From assembly GCA_051883455.1 (NCBI GenBank), contig JBJETT010000010.1:3886-67885 (forward strand): 64,000 bases of DNA. Reading direction: 5' to 3'. Positions 48,003 to 57,092 of the stretch are shown in pieces. This DNA comes from Christensenellales bacterium. GTDB taxonomy: Bacteria; Bacillota; Clostridia; Christensenellales; UBA3700. The position numbers were made by a program, and so were the translations under genes. The notes beneath the pieces are model-generated. The model ran no database searches and was not told where the DNA came from. It saw only the letters and a program-made list of their open reading frames with translations. How positions within the stretch are numbered: the first letter of the stretch is position 1; every line of letters starts with the position of its first letter.

Positions 48003-48093
48003 TGGCGGAGAAAGAGGGATTTGAACCCTCGCTACGGTATCCCGTACTACTCCCTTAGCAGGGGAGCCCCTTCGGCCTCTTGGGTATTTCTCC
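48003..48093 (-). tRNA. tRNA-Ser (anticodon GCT)
   Basis: The reverse complement GGAGAAATACCCAAGAGGCCGAAGGGGCTCCCCTGCTAAGGGAG...GAGGGTTCAAATCCCTCTTTCTCCGCCA folds as a cloverleaf with a long variable arm and encoded CCA. Confidence 0.97.
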
Positions 48094-48128
48094 ACAGTCG
48101 AAGTATAAAAAATGATATTAGCATTAGT

Positions 48129-48157
48129 ATAGTAGCACACAATGTAGCTTTTGTCAA
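48129..48157 (-). promoter_or_regulatory. SigmaA promoter of tRNA-Ser
   Basis: TTGACA, 17 bp, TACTAT with an extended-10 TG on the minus strand. Confidence 0.75.
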
Positions 48158-48227
48158 AGTCTTTTTGCAAAATTTTTGCGCATGGCGACTTGGCGCTGTT
48201 AGAGGTATGGCAGAGCTAGTGTGCTAC

Positions 48228-48995
48228 TTAAGCTAGTGAGTCGACGTAAGGCGTCAGCAAACCGGTGATGAGCTCGTAAGACTCACTCGTCATGTGCAGT
48301 CCGTCGAAGGTATATCTATCTTGCAGTTGTTTGTTGTCGCCCACTAGGTGCGAGTAGGTGTCGATTAGCTCCACCTTATATATGGCGCAAATTTGCTTGA
48401 TATACTCGTTGAGCAAAATTACGTTGTCGTCGGTGAGATATTCGCCTACTAAATCTTTGCCGGCGAGCTTGACGGTACGGTTGACGGGGTAGACTGTCTG
48501 CATAAATATTGTAGTTTCGGGCAGTTCTTCTCTGATGACGTGCAGAATTTTGGTTATATTGACGGCAATATCTTCGGGAGAAGTGCCGTGTCTAAGGTCG
48601 TTGCAACCGCCCAAAAGGAATATAGCTTTTGGCTTGATATTGAGCACGTTGGACTCGAGTCTAACAAGCATTCTGTCGGTGGTATCGCCGGAAATACCTC
48701 TATTGTAGATATTTGCGTGCGGAAAATAATAGTCCAAGTCGTACATCTCGGTGATAGAGTCGCCCAAGAAAACGATTTGACCCGTCTTAGCGCTTTGATT
48801 GAGATAGGCGTATCTTTTTGCTTTGGCATCTTTGATATAGTCTTTGCTAAACATAGCGTTGCCGTAGATATTATAGGCTATAGCAAAGATGGAAATGCTT
48901 GCCATAAGCGCCACGATTACAAGCAAAACCACCACAATAGTGATATTGCGTGCGGTAAAAATATTGTGTTGTGGTTTTGGATGGCGTCGTTTCAT
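48228..48995 (-). CDS. SGNH/GDSL hydrolase with an N-terminal TM
   Basis: FLGDSIT, NRGISGD, GCND and DGLH motifs. Confidence 0.92.
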   Translation of the reverse strand: MKRRHPKPQHNIFTARNITIVVVLLVIVALMASISIFAIAYNIYGNAMFSKDYIKDAKAKRYAYLNQSAKTGQIVFLGDSITEMYDLDYYFPHANIYNRGISGDTTDRMLVRLESNVLNIKPKAIFLLGGCNDLRHGTSPEDIAVNITKILHVIREELPETTIFMQTVYPVNRTVKLAGKDLVGEYLTDDNVILLNEYIKQICAIYKVELIDTYSHLVGDNKQLQDRYTFDGLHMTSESYELITGLLTPYVDSLA

Positions 48996-49223
48996 AGTAT
49001 TATTATATAACTATTTGAAAGAATATGCAACAGTAGAACGAGGGCTTTTTGAACGACAAAGGCTTTTTGCATATTTTCAAAAAAATAGATAAAGTTTTTT
49101 GGGCAAAACTGCCTATAAAACAGCAAAATCAAAGAAATATATATGCCAAATCGCATCTAAATATGCTTGTCAACAATATTTATTGGCAAAAAATGAAAAA
49201 CTGTGTTATAATAAAAAAGATTT

Positions 49224-50597
49224 ATGGAATCGAAGTATAGTATTCTTAACAATCTAAAAACCAAAAAGTTTCGACTGACTAATATTCAGGTCATAGTGCT
49301 TGGGTACTTTTTGGTAATAATGTTCGGTACTTTTTTGTTGTCTTTGCCATTTGCCTCCAAGTCTAGGCAATGGACGGGCTTTTTTACTTCGCTATTTACC
49401 GCAACTTCCGCCACGTGCGTTACGGGATTGGTGCTCGTAGACACGTTTAGTCACTGGTCGCTGTTTGGACAAATGGTGATTATGTGTTTGATACAACTTG
49501 GCGGAGTAGGCTTTATGACGATGGTGTCGTTGGTGTCGGTAGTGGTTAGACGACAGTTGGGGTTATACCAAAAGACGATACTCCAAAAGTCTATGGGCTC
49601 GGCGAGATTTTCGGTGCTTAGCAAGCTACTCAATAGAGTATTGATATGCACGGCTTGTTTCGAGGGCGCGGGCACGGTGTTGCTTTGCACACGATTTATT
49701 CCTAAGATGGGCTTTTGGCAAGGGTTATTCAACGCAATGTTCCACTCTATCTCGGCGTTTTGCAACGCGGGCTTCGACTTGATGGGCAAGTACGGCGCTT
49801 ATAGCTCTATGACCACCTTTTCGGGCGACGTGGTAGTCAACTTGACTCTAATGGCGCTGATATTTGCGGGTGGATTGGGCTTCTTGTTGTGGAGCGACGT
49901 GTACGACAAAAAGATGAGATTGAGCAAGACGAGTCTGCAGACCCGAATGGTGCTTGCTGTTACGCCGATGCTCATCTTGATACCTGCATTGTTGATTTTT
50001 ATAGTAGAGCGCAACAACGCCTTTGCGGGAATGACGGTTGGCGAAGCATTGCTGGCATCGCTCTTTCAGTCGGTTACTTCTAGGACGGCTGGCTTCAATT
50101 CTATTGATTTGTCGGGTCTTAGCAACTCTAGCATTGTGTTGACGATAGTGCTGATGATGGTGGGTGGCAACGTTGGCTCGACTGCGGGCGGTATCAAGAT
50201 TACTACCGTCATCATAGTATTTTTGGGCGTATTGTCCACAATTAGGGACAAAGAACACGTAGACGTAGGCAAGAGAAGACTTTCGGACAAGCTTGTTAGA
50301 CAAGCCAACGCGATATTTATATTCTATTTGTCTATTATCGTCGTCGCTTCTCTACTAATAGCCATAATAGACAAAGAAATCCCCGTACAAGCGGTGGTAT
50401 TCGAAGTAGTGTCGGCGATAGGTACGGTAGGATTGACTTTGGCGGGAACGGCAGAGTTTTCTTTGGCTAGCAAATGTATATTGTTGTTGTTGATGTTCAT
50501 GGGTCGTGTGGGCGCAATATCCTTGTTGTCCGCCTTTATGGAAACGAGGCAAAAACCGCCTATCAAGCGACCAATAGAAGAAATTATGATAGGATAA
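49224..50597 (+). CDS. ktrB: KtrB/TrkH potassium uptake permease
   Basis: SATCVTGL, SAFCNAGF, RTAGF and SAIGTVGL selectivity motifs. Confidence 0.92.
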   Translation: MESKYSILNNLKTKKFRLTNIQVIVLGYFLVIMFGTFLLSLPFASKSRQWTGFFTSLFTATSATCVTGLVLVDTFSHWSLFGQMVIMCLIQLGGVGFMTMVSLVSVVVRRQLGLYQKTILQKSMGSARFSVLSKLLNRVLICTACFEGAGTVLLCTRFIPKMGFWQGLFNAMFHSISAFCNAGFDLMGKYGAYSSMTTFSGDVVVNLTLMALIFAGGLGFLLWSDVYDKKMRLSKTSLQTRMVLAVTPMLILIPALLIFIVERNNAFAGMTVGEALLASLFQSVTSRTAGFNSIDLSGLSNSSIVLTIVLMMVGGNVGSTAGGIKITTVIIVFLGVLSTIRDKEHVDVGKRRLSDKLVRQANAIFIFYLSIIVVASLLIAIIDKEIPVQAVVFEVVSAIGTVGLTLAGTAEFSLASKCILLLLMFMGRVGAISLLSAFMETRQKPPIKRPIEEIMIG

Positions 50598-50607
50598 GGA
50601 GAATTAT

Positions 50608-51255
50608 ATGAAATCGGTATTGATTATAGGAATGGGAAGATTTGGCAAGACGCTTGCCTACAAGATGGCAGAGCTTGGCAACGAGGTGATGATAGTTGAC
50701 AAGGACGAAGAAATCGTCAATCAACTTGCCCCTGATTTTGTCAATGCAATGATAGGCGACTGCACCAACGAATCGGTGGTGAGAAATCTCGGCGTGAGCA
50801 ACTTCGATATATGTTTCGTAGCCATTGGCGACAACTTCCAAGCTTCTTTGGAAATCACGTCCTTGCTCAAAGAATTGGGTGCTAAGTACGTCGTGTCCAA
50901 AGCCGATAGAGATATGCAAGCCAAGTTTTTGGAACGCAACGGCGCCGACGAGGTGGTATATCCTGAGCATGATATCGCCGAAAAGCTTGCCATAAGGCAC
51001 AATGCAAAAAATATCTTCGACTACGTAGAGATTACCAACGACTATGCAATATACGAGCTGGCTGTAGTCAAAGAATGGGTGGGCAAGAGCCTAAAAGAAC
51101 TCAACATTCGTCACAACTACGGCGTCAATATTATGGCGCTCAAACAAGGCGGAAGCATAGAGATACCTTCGGCGGAAACAGTCTTTGAAGAAAACGACCA
51201 TATCTTCGTCATAGGTAAGCAAAAGGACGTATTCAAGCTATCCAACAAGACCTGA
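50608..51255 (+). CDS. ktrA: KtrA/TrkA RCK subunit
   Basis: IGMGRFG NAD-binding motif, GADEVVYPE, TrkA-C domain. Confidence 0.92.
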   Translation: MKSVLIIGMGRFGKTLAYKMAELGNEVMIVDKDEEIVNQLAPDFVNAMIGDCTNESVVRNLGVSNFDICFVAIGDNFQASLEITSLLKELGAKYVVSKADRDMQAKFLERNGADEVVYPEHDIAEKLAIRHNAKNIFDYVEITNDYAIYELAVVKEWVGKSLKELNIRHNYGVNIMALKQGGSIEIPSAETVFEENDHIFVIGKQKDVFKLSNKT

Positions 51256-51283
51256 CGCTACGATATTTTTGTTATAACAATCA

Positions 51284-51317
51284 TTCACGAAGCCTTACGC
51301 TTCGTGATATTTTTTTG
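51284..51317 (+). terminator. Intrinsic terminator
   Basis: TCACGAAGC-N5-GCTTCGTGA followed by a T tract. Confidence 0.75.
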
Positions 51318-51436
51318 CACCTGTATTGAGCTTTTGAGTTTTTTGGAATAGTGTGGACGATACTATTTAGCATATATTATATTCTAGAGCCGTTGAATAA
51401 AACTTGCAAGCATGGACATAATCAAACGGGGGGATT

Positions 51437-51685
51437 ATGAGACAAGTCAAAAAGAGTATAGATTATATCAAAAAAGCCGTTGCTCAGCTCAAGGGCAAAG
51501 AACTATCCTTCGTGGTCAACAAGGGTAGAAACAAATTCGTTACCTTTGACGGCAAGGTGGTGGACGCGTACGACTCGATATTTACCATAGTGTCAACCGA
51601 CAACTTTGGTAATGAACTTTTTACCTTTTCTTACAACGACGTGGCGTGCAAAACGATAAGAATTTTGCCTCACGGGTCAAATTGA
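51437..51685 (+). CDS. veg: Veg family protein
   Basis: NKGRNK...G.V..AY.SIFTI...FSYNDV; conserved position upstream of ispE. Confidence 0.85.
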   Translation: MRQVKKSIDYIKKAVAQLKGKELSFVVNKGRNKFVTFDGKVVDAYDSIFTIVSTDNFGNELFTFSYNDVACKTIRILPHGSN

Positions 51686-51686
51686 T

Positions 51687-51716
51687 GTCATAAAGCACGG
51701 CAAAGCTAGATATATT
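51687..51716 (+). promoter_or_regulatory. Possible sigmaE promoter
   Basis: GTCATA-N16-GATATATT upstream of a spore-coat morphogenetic gene. Confidence 0.4.
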
Positions 51717-51742
51717 GTACTAACGAAAAACAAGAGGTGCCT

Positions 51743-53242
51743 ATGTCTATCAATGCCGTATATCAACCAATATCAATCGACTACGAAAAGAGCTGTCAGC
51801 CCAAGCAAATACTGTTGGGCTGCAATATGGATACGTCGTCCAAGGGCGGAGTGTCCAAAGTATTTTTTGTCAAAAGTAGCGCGCAAATAACCAAGGTCGT
51901 CCCAATGACGGGGCAGGTCAAAATAAGCGGTTTCGTCAACATCAAGGTGGTATATCTCAATAACGACAAGCAATGCGAAAGCTTTGATTATATCACCGAT
52001 TTCGTAGAGGACGTCGACTGCGACGCTTTGACCGAAGATATGCAAGTGCGCGTAAGTGCAAAGGTCGTGGACAGCGAATACCAAATAGGTGGCGACCAAA
52101 TCAAAATTCAAGTGGTAGTTGAGCTTCGTCCTATATTCGTAGAGAGCCAAACACAACAATACGTAGTCAGCGCCGAAGGTGCGCTAATCAAGGATAGCCA
52201 ATCGTGCAACCAAACCTTCGTGGACTACGTAGACAGAGAGATTGAGATTGTAGAAGAGTACGACAGCGGAATGAACGTAGAAAAGATACTCTTCTTTGAC
52301 GTGACCGCATGCGTAGACGACGTGTCCACCGCGGGCGATATCGTGTCCGTCAAGGGTAGAACCAACGTAGAAATTATCTATCTTGCCGAGGGTAAAATAA
52401 TCGAAAAGGCTATGGATCTTCCTTTTGAAGAAGAATGGCGCGAAAAGACGAGCGACTTGGTTGCCAAGGTGCAAGCCTCTGTCAAAAACAGTAAGTTGGT
52501 GTTGCAAGGCACCGAGGACAGCGCCGTGATGAGAGTGGAAGCTCTATGCAAGCTCGGCGGTGTGGTGATGAGCGAAAACTGTCTAGAAACGGTAGAAGAT
52601 ATGTTTTGCCCCGAAGAGGAAGTAGACTGCAAATATTCGGTATGCGAGTACGACCGTCAAGCTCAACCGTTGCATTGCCATATCGAGGTAACGGGTAGCG
52701 AGACTATCGACGACACCTCGGCAGACGTCAAGCAAGTGCTGGCGGCGCACGCAGTAAATTGCAGTATTGCCGACGTCAGCGGTAAGGACGAGATGACGAT
52801 AAGCGGAATGGCAGAGGTGGCAATAGTTTATCTGGACGAAAACGACGAGATTGACTGCAAAAACATTGAGACACCTTTTGTAGAAAAGTGCCAATACGGT
52901 TTAGGAAACGACAAACTCATGGAGTGCAATCCTTACGTCAAAGACGTAACCGTCAAGGTCAAGAGAGATAGAGAGTTTGAGGTCAATCTCGATATCGACG
53001 TGGCTATGGATATTGCCGAGAGGACGGTGGTCAAGGGTATATCCGAAGTGGTAGAAGGCGAAGCTCGCCAAGTGGATAGAGTTGCGATAAGCATTTACAC
53101 GCCTAAGCAAGGCGAGTCTTTGTGGGACGTTGCCAAACAACTTGCCGTCAGCGACAAAGAAATAATCGCTCAAAACCCGGGAATTAGTGACGTGATGACG
53201 GGGGCGGAAAGATTGGTGGTTTACAGAGAACTCAAAGTATGA
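51743..53242 (+). CDS. SPOCS (DUF3794) plus LysM spore coat morphogenetic protein, SipL-like
   Basis: Three G.V...V/IxY..(P)F repeats and a C-terminal LysM (GESLWDVAK...I..QNP); lies between veg and ispE. Confidence 0.8.
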   Translation: MSINAVYQPISIDYEKSCQPKQILLGCNMDTSSKGGVSKVFFVKSSAQITKVVPMTGQVKISGFVNIKVVYLNNDKQCESFDYITDFVEDVDCDALTEDMQVRVSAKVVDSEYQIGGDQIKIQVVVELRPIFVESQTQQYVVSAEGALIKDSQSCNQTFVDYVDREIEIVEEYDSGMNVEKILFFDVTACVDDVSTAGDIVSVKGRTNVEIIYLAEGKIIEKAMDLPFEEEWREKTSDLVAKVQASVKNSKLVLQGTEDSAVMRVEALCKLGGVVMSENCLETVEDMFCPEEEVDCKYSVCEYDRQAQPLHCHIEVTGSETIDDTSADVKQVLAAHAVNCSIADVSGKDEMTISGMAEVAIVYLDENDEIDCKNIETPFVEKCQYGLGNDKLMECNPYVKDVTVKVKRDREFEVNLDIDVAMDIAERTVVKGISEVVEGEARQVDRVAISIYTPKQGESLWDVAKQLAVSDKEIIAQNPGISDVMTGAERLVVYRELKV

Positions 53243-53254
53243 TATAATATCCGT

Positions 53255-54079
53255 ATGGATACTATCAAAATCAAAGTTTTTGCCAAAGTAAACCTTGCTC
53301 TTGACGTCAAGGGCAGTTATCCCGACGGCTATCATAGGTTAGATATGCTGATGGCTTCCGTCGATATGTACGACACCTTGTGCATGACTGTAAGCGACCA
53401 GAACCTGGTGACTATGGACGGCGTAATCGTGGGAGAAGAGAATACCGCCGTGAGGGCGTTGGAGAGCCTAACCAAAGCCTTTGGCGTGCACATGAGAGTG
53501 GATATTCTCAAGGATATTCCTCTCAACGCGGGGTTAGGCGGTTCTTCCGCCGATGCCGCAGGCGTGTTTGTCGGGGCGTCTAAGCTGTTTGGCATAGATA
53601 TTGCCAAGACGTACGAACTTGCCCAAAAGGTCGGTAGTGACGTGCCTTATATGATGAGAGGCGGTTTTTGCCGAGTTAGCGGAAAGGGAGAAATCGTCGA
53701 GCCTATAGATATGGACGATATGCACTTGGTGATTTTGCAAGCCGAGTACGGTGCACCTACCGCCAAGGTGTACGAGGAGTACGATAGGTGTCCTATACCG
53801 CCTAGCGACGTAGACGGAGCTATTGATAGCATAAGGTCGACGGGTAGAGGATTTTTTAACAAACTACAAGACGCGGCTATTAGACTTTGCCCGTCTATAG
53901 AATATTCTTTAGGTGCACTCAAGCTCTATACCGATAGGGCATTTATGACGGGCAGCGGCAGCGCGGTAGTGGGCGTCTTTGACGACGAAATGCAAGCCAG
54001 ATGGTGCGAACTCAACTTTGGAGGTTATCTCTGCGCCAAGGCTCTCAAAACCAAAAAAGTCGGCTACGAAATCCTCTAA
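53255..54079 (+). CDS. ispE: 4-diphosphocytidyl-2-C-methyl-D-erythritol kinase
   Basis: AKVNL.L, DGYH, IP..AGLGGSSADAA, GSDVP and MTGSGS motifs. Confidence 0.95.
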   Translation: MDTIKIKVFAKVNLALDVKGSYPDGYHRLDMLMASVDMYDTLCMTVSDQNLVTMDGVIVGEENTAVRALESLTKAFGVHMRVDILKDIPLNAGLGGSSADAAGVFVGASKLFGIDIAKTYELAQKVGSDVPYMMRGGFCRVSGKGEIVEPIDMDDMHLVILQAEYGAPTAKVYEEYDRCPIPPSDVDGAIDSIRSTGRGFFNKLQDAAIRLCPSIEYSLGALKLYTDRAFMTGSGSAVVGVFDDEMQARWCELNFGGYLCAKALKTKKVGYEIL

Positions 54080-54097
54080 AAATCGATACGTATCGAC
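54078..54097. repeat. Core copy of the dispersed palindrome
   Basis: AAAAATCGATACGTATCGAC at the ispE stop codon. Confidence 0.75.
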
Positions 54098-54126
54098 AAA
54101 AATCTAAAATATGTTACAAAAATAGA

Positions 54127-54152
54127 ATACGCCTTACGTGGCGTATTTTTTT
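54127..54152 (+). terminator. Intrinsic terminator
   Basis: AATACGCC...GGCGTATT followed by a T tract. Confidence 0.7.
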
Positions 54153-54206
54153 GTGTGGCGTTATAATTTATTCAGCACTGTCAATACTTCTCATCGAGAG
54201 GTGAGT

Positions 54207-54737
54207 ATGAAAAAATTGATTACGTGTTTGGTTTTGATTGCCGTAGTAATAACGGCGGTTGTGGCTTGTTCGGCGGATAGAGAAACGCAAAACGCCGATT
54301 ATCTAAGGATACATATTCGTGCCGACAGCAACGATGATATTGACCAAGCAATCAAGTATAGAGTCAAAGACGATATAGTCGAATATCTTACGCCGTTATT
54401 AGCAGGTGTCAGCGACAAAAAAGAAGCGATGAGCATAGTCGCTAACAATCTAGACGGCATCAAAAAAGTCGCTGACGCATCTTTACTCAGTCAAGGTGCA
54501 CCCTACGTCAGTAGAGTGAAGTTGACGGAAGAAGAGTTCCCTACACGCAGCTACGGAGAGCTTACGCTCGAGAGTGGGGTGTACGACGCCTTGATAGTAG
54601 AACTCGGCTCAGGCAAGGGAGATAATTGGTGGTGCGTCGTTTTCCCACCGTTGTGCTTCGTTGCCGGTAGCGGAAAGCCTCAATACAAATCGCTCGTTGT
54701 CGACGGGATAAAAAAACTCAAAGGTTGGTTAAGTTAG
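54207..54737 (+). CDS. spoIIR: Stage II sporulation protein R
   Basis: LRIHIRADS...DQ.IK, FPTRSYG and GKGDNWWCVVFPPLC motifs. Confidence 0.95.
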   Translation: MKKLITCLVLIAVVITAVVACSADRETQNADYLRIHIRADSNDDIDQAIKYRVKDDIVEYLTPLLAGVSDKKEAMSIVANNLDGIKKVADASLLSQGAPYVSRVKLTEEEFPTRSYGELTLESGVYDALIVELGSGKGDNWWCVVFPPLCFVAGSGKPQYKSLVVDGIKKLKGWLS

Positions 54738-55436
54738 GTGAAAAATCAAGTAATGGTGATGAGAATAGTAAGCATAGTCTTACTAGTCGTGGTGGTAGTT
54801 ATGGCGGCGCTTCTATGTCGCAGTTTTGCGAGCGAAGAGGTCGAAACTTTTGCACTCAAACAAGGCTCGAGCGGTCAACAAGTGCGTCAAATCCAGTCTA
54901 AATTGTCGGCGTGGGGCTACTATAGTGGCGAAGTTGACGGAATTTACGGCTCCAAGACTACCGAAGCAGTCAAAAATTTTCAACGAGTCAACGGACTGAA
55001 GGTCGACGGAATAGTGGGCGAGGAGACGGCGGCAAAGATAGGCATTGCACTTACGCAGTCGTCGTCAACCAACAGTAGTTACAATTCTCAAGACGTGTAT
55101 TTGCTCGCAAAATGCGTATATGCCGAGTCGAGAGGCGAGCCTTATACGGGACAAGTTGCCGTAGCCGCCGTGGTACTCAATAGAGTGCGTAGCAGTAGCT
55201 TCCCCAACACTATAGCGGGAGTCATTTATCAACCGTACGCCTTTACGGCGGTGGCTGACGGTCAAATCAATCTCGAACCCAACCAAACGGCTTACAATGC
55301 GGTGCGAGACGCGATGAACGGTTGGGACCCAACCAACGGTTGTCTATACTATTTCAATCCGGCAACGGCAACGTCGTCTTGGATATGGACGAGAGAAGTC
55401 AAATTGACGATAGGCAAACACAAGTTTGCGGTATAG
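54738..55436 (+). CDS. sleB: Spore cortex-lytic enzyme
   Basis: PG-binding domain (VDGIYG..T..AV..FQ) and AESRGEPY.GQVAVAAVVLNRV catalytic domain. Confidence 0.95.
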   Translation: MKNQVMVMRIVSIVLLVVVVVMAALLCRSFASEEVETFALKQGSSGQQVRQIQSKLSAWGYYSGEVDGIYGSKTTEAVKNFQRVNGLKVDGIVGEETAAKIGIALTQSSSTNSSYNSQDVYLLAKCVYAESRGEPYTGQVAVAAVVLNRVRSSSFPNTIAGVIYQPYAFTAVADGQINLEPNQTAYNAVRDAMNGWDPTNGCLYYFNPATATSSWIWTREVKLTIGKHKFAV

Positions 55437-55443
55437 GTGGTAT

Positions 55444-56808
55444 ATGGAAAGAGATGAAAAAGGTAGAATAATAATCAACAAACCCGTGATGATAGCAATA
55501 ATAACCGCAAGCGTGATTTTGATAGCCACGATTGCAACGCTGTCGGTATTTTTGGGCTTGTCAAACAGCCAAAATCAAAAGTGGTTGAAGCAAGCCAACG
55601 GGCAATATCAGCAAGCATACTACGATTTGGTGGACGAGTTTTTGACTATGGAAACCAACCTTTCAAAATTGAGAGTCGTTGGTTCAGAGGGTCTGCAACA
55701 GCAACTTTTGCTAGACACGGCGTTGTCGGCGCAGTCGGCGGTGTGCGACCTAACGGCGATATCTTCGTCCGAGCAAGACCTCAGCGAGTTGATAAAATAT
55801 TGCAATCAGGTGGGAGACTATTGCCAATACGCCTTCAAGAAGATAAGCAACGGCTCAACCCTCAGCGAACAAGAGCAGACGACGCTCGGGCAGTTGTACG
55901 ATATGACTTACAGTATATCCAAGGGACTGACGTCCATCAGCGCTTCGCTTTCGTCAAAGGGCGACTTCGTGTTGGGACTAGGCAAGGTCAACGACGGCTT
56001 TTCCGATATGTTGTTGCAATTCAACAACGGCTCGTTCAAATATCCTTCGCTCATATACGACGGGGCGTTTAGCGATTCGCTGGTAGACAAAACGCCTAAG
56101 ATGATTGTCGGCGACGACATAGACCCCAATCAAGCCAGGGCGTATATAGTCAAAGCGCTCAGCGGATACGAACTGTCCGACTATACTTTCGCCTACCAAA
56201 ACGACAACAAGTTTTCGACGTATTTTTACGACTTCAAGACCAAGTCGGGCGAGACGGGCACGATAGAGATTGCCAAGCAAGGCGGTATGACGATAATGTG
56301 GAATATCAATTCTGCCGTAGACAATCCCGTTATGTCCAAAGAGCAGGGCGTCAAAGTAGCGGAAAAGTATTGCCAAGATATCGGGCTTGACAATATGCAA
56401 GCGGTATGGGCGTGCGTCAGCAACAGTATGCTGTACGTCAATATGTGCTATGAAAAGGACGGCGTAATCTGCTATCCCGATATGGTCAAAATCAAAGTTT
56501 CGCTGGAGAGTGGCAAGGTGGTGGGCTACGAAGCTCTCAACTATTGCTACAATCACGACACAGAGCGCACGATAGAAGAAGCGGGCGTGTCCATGGCAAC
56601 GGTGCAGGGATACGACTATCGCAACCTTCAAGTGCAAAGCATAAGACTTGCGTTGATACCTACCGACGGTGGGGGAGAAAAGTTGACCTACGAAGTGTAC
56701 GGCAAGCTAGACAAGTTTGACTTTTACGTTTATCTAGACGCTTTGGACGGCAAGCAAATCAAAATTTTGCAAGTCATCGACAGCGACGAGGGCGAATTGT
56801 TGATGTGA
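55444..56808 (+). CDS. ypeB: Germination protein YpeB
   Basis: YPSLIYDGAFSD and YPDMVKIKV motifs; directly after sleB. Confidence 0.92.
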   Translation: MERDEKGRIIINKPVMIAIITASVILIATIATLSVFLGLSNSQNQKWLKQANGQYQQAYYDLVDEFLTMETNLSKLRVVGSEGLQQQLLLDTALSAQSAVCDLTAISSSEQDLSELIKYCNQVGDYCQYAFKKISNGSTLSEQEQTTLGQLYDMTYSISKGLTSISASLSSKGDFVLGLGKVNDGFSDMLLQFNNGSFKYPSLIYDGAFSDSLVDKTPKMIVGDDIDPNQARAYIVKALSGYELSDYTFAYQNDNKFSTYFYDFKTKSGETGTIEIAKQGGMTIMWNINSAVDNPVMSKEQGVKVAEKYCQDIGLDNMQAVWACVSNSMLYVNMCYEKDGVICYPDMVKIKVSLESGKVVGYEALNYCYNHDTERTIEEAGVSMATVQGYDYRNLQVQSIRLALIPTDGGGEKLTYEVYGKLDKFDFYVYLDALDGKQIKILQVIDSDEGELLM

Positions 56809-56811
56809 GTG

Positions 56812-56840
56812 TATACGGCAAGCGAGAAGCTTGCCGTATA
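56812..56840 (+). terminator. Hairpin after ypeB
   Basis: TATACGGCAAGC-N5-GCTTGCCGTATA. Confidence 0.65.
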
Positions 56841-57092
56841 TTGAGATTTAATCGCGGAAGAAAGGCATTTTTTATACTTTGCAAAAATATATTTTTACCA
56901 GACAAAAACCCTTGATATATTTATTCAAAGATGCTACAATATAACCATAAAAAGTCTCAGAGGATTTATGATTTCTTACGGCGACAGCGTCAATATTCAT
57001 TTATCTAAGACAAGCACGCAGGTTTGTCGGTCTTTTGTTTTGCAACCTTTTTTTGATACTACAACTAAGTTAAATATATTACGGAGGCACAA

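Noticed and set aside
47774-48023. CRISPR-like appearance of the recurring TGGCGGAGAAAGAG motif
   Set aside because: The intervening sequences are near-identical rather than unique spacers, the motif is the tRNA 3' end, and no cas genes are present.
47767-48236. ORFs 47767-47982 (minus) and 48021-48236 (plus)
   Set aside because: They are translations of the tandem repeat and the antisense strand of the tRNA.
51437-56808. veg-SPOCS-ispE-spoIIR-sleB-ypeB cluster as a novel system
   Set aside because: All are well-known sporulation or housekeeping genes in a familiar clostridial neighbourhood.
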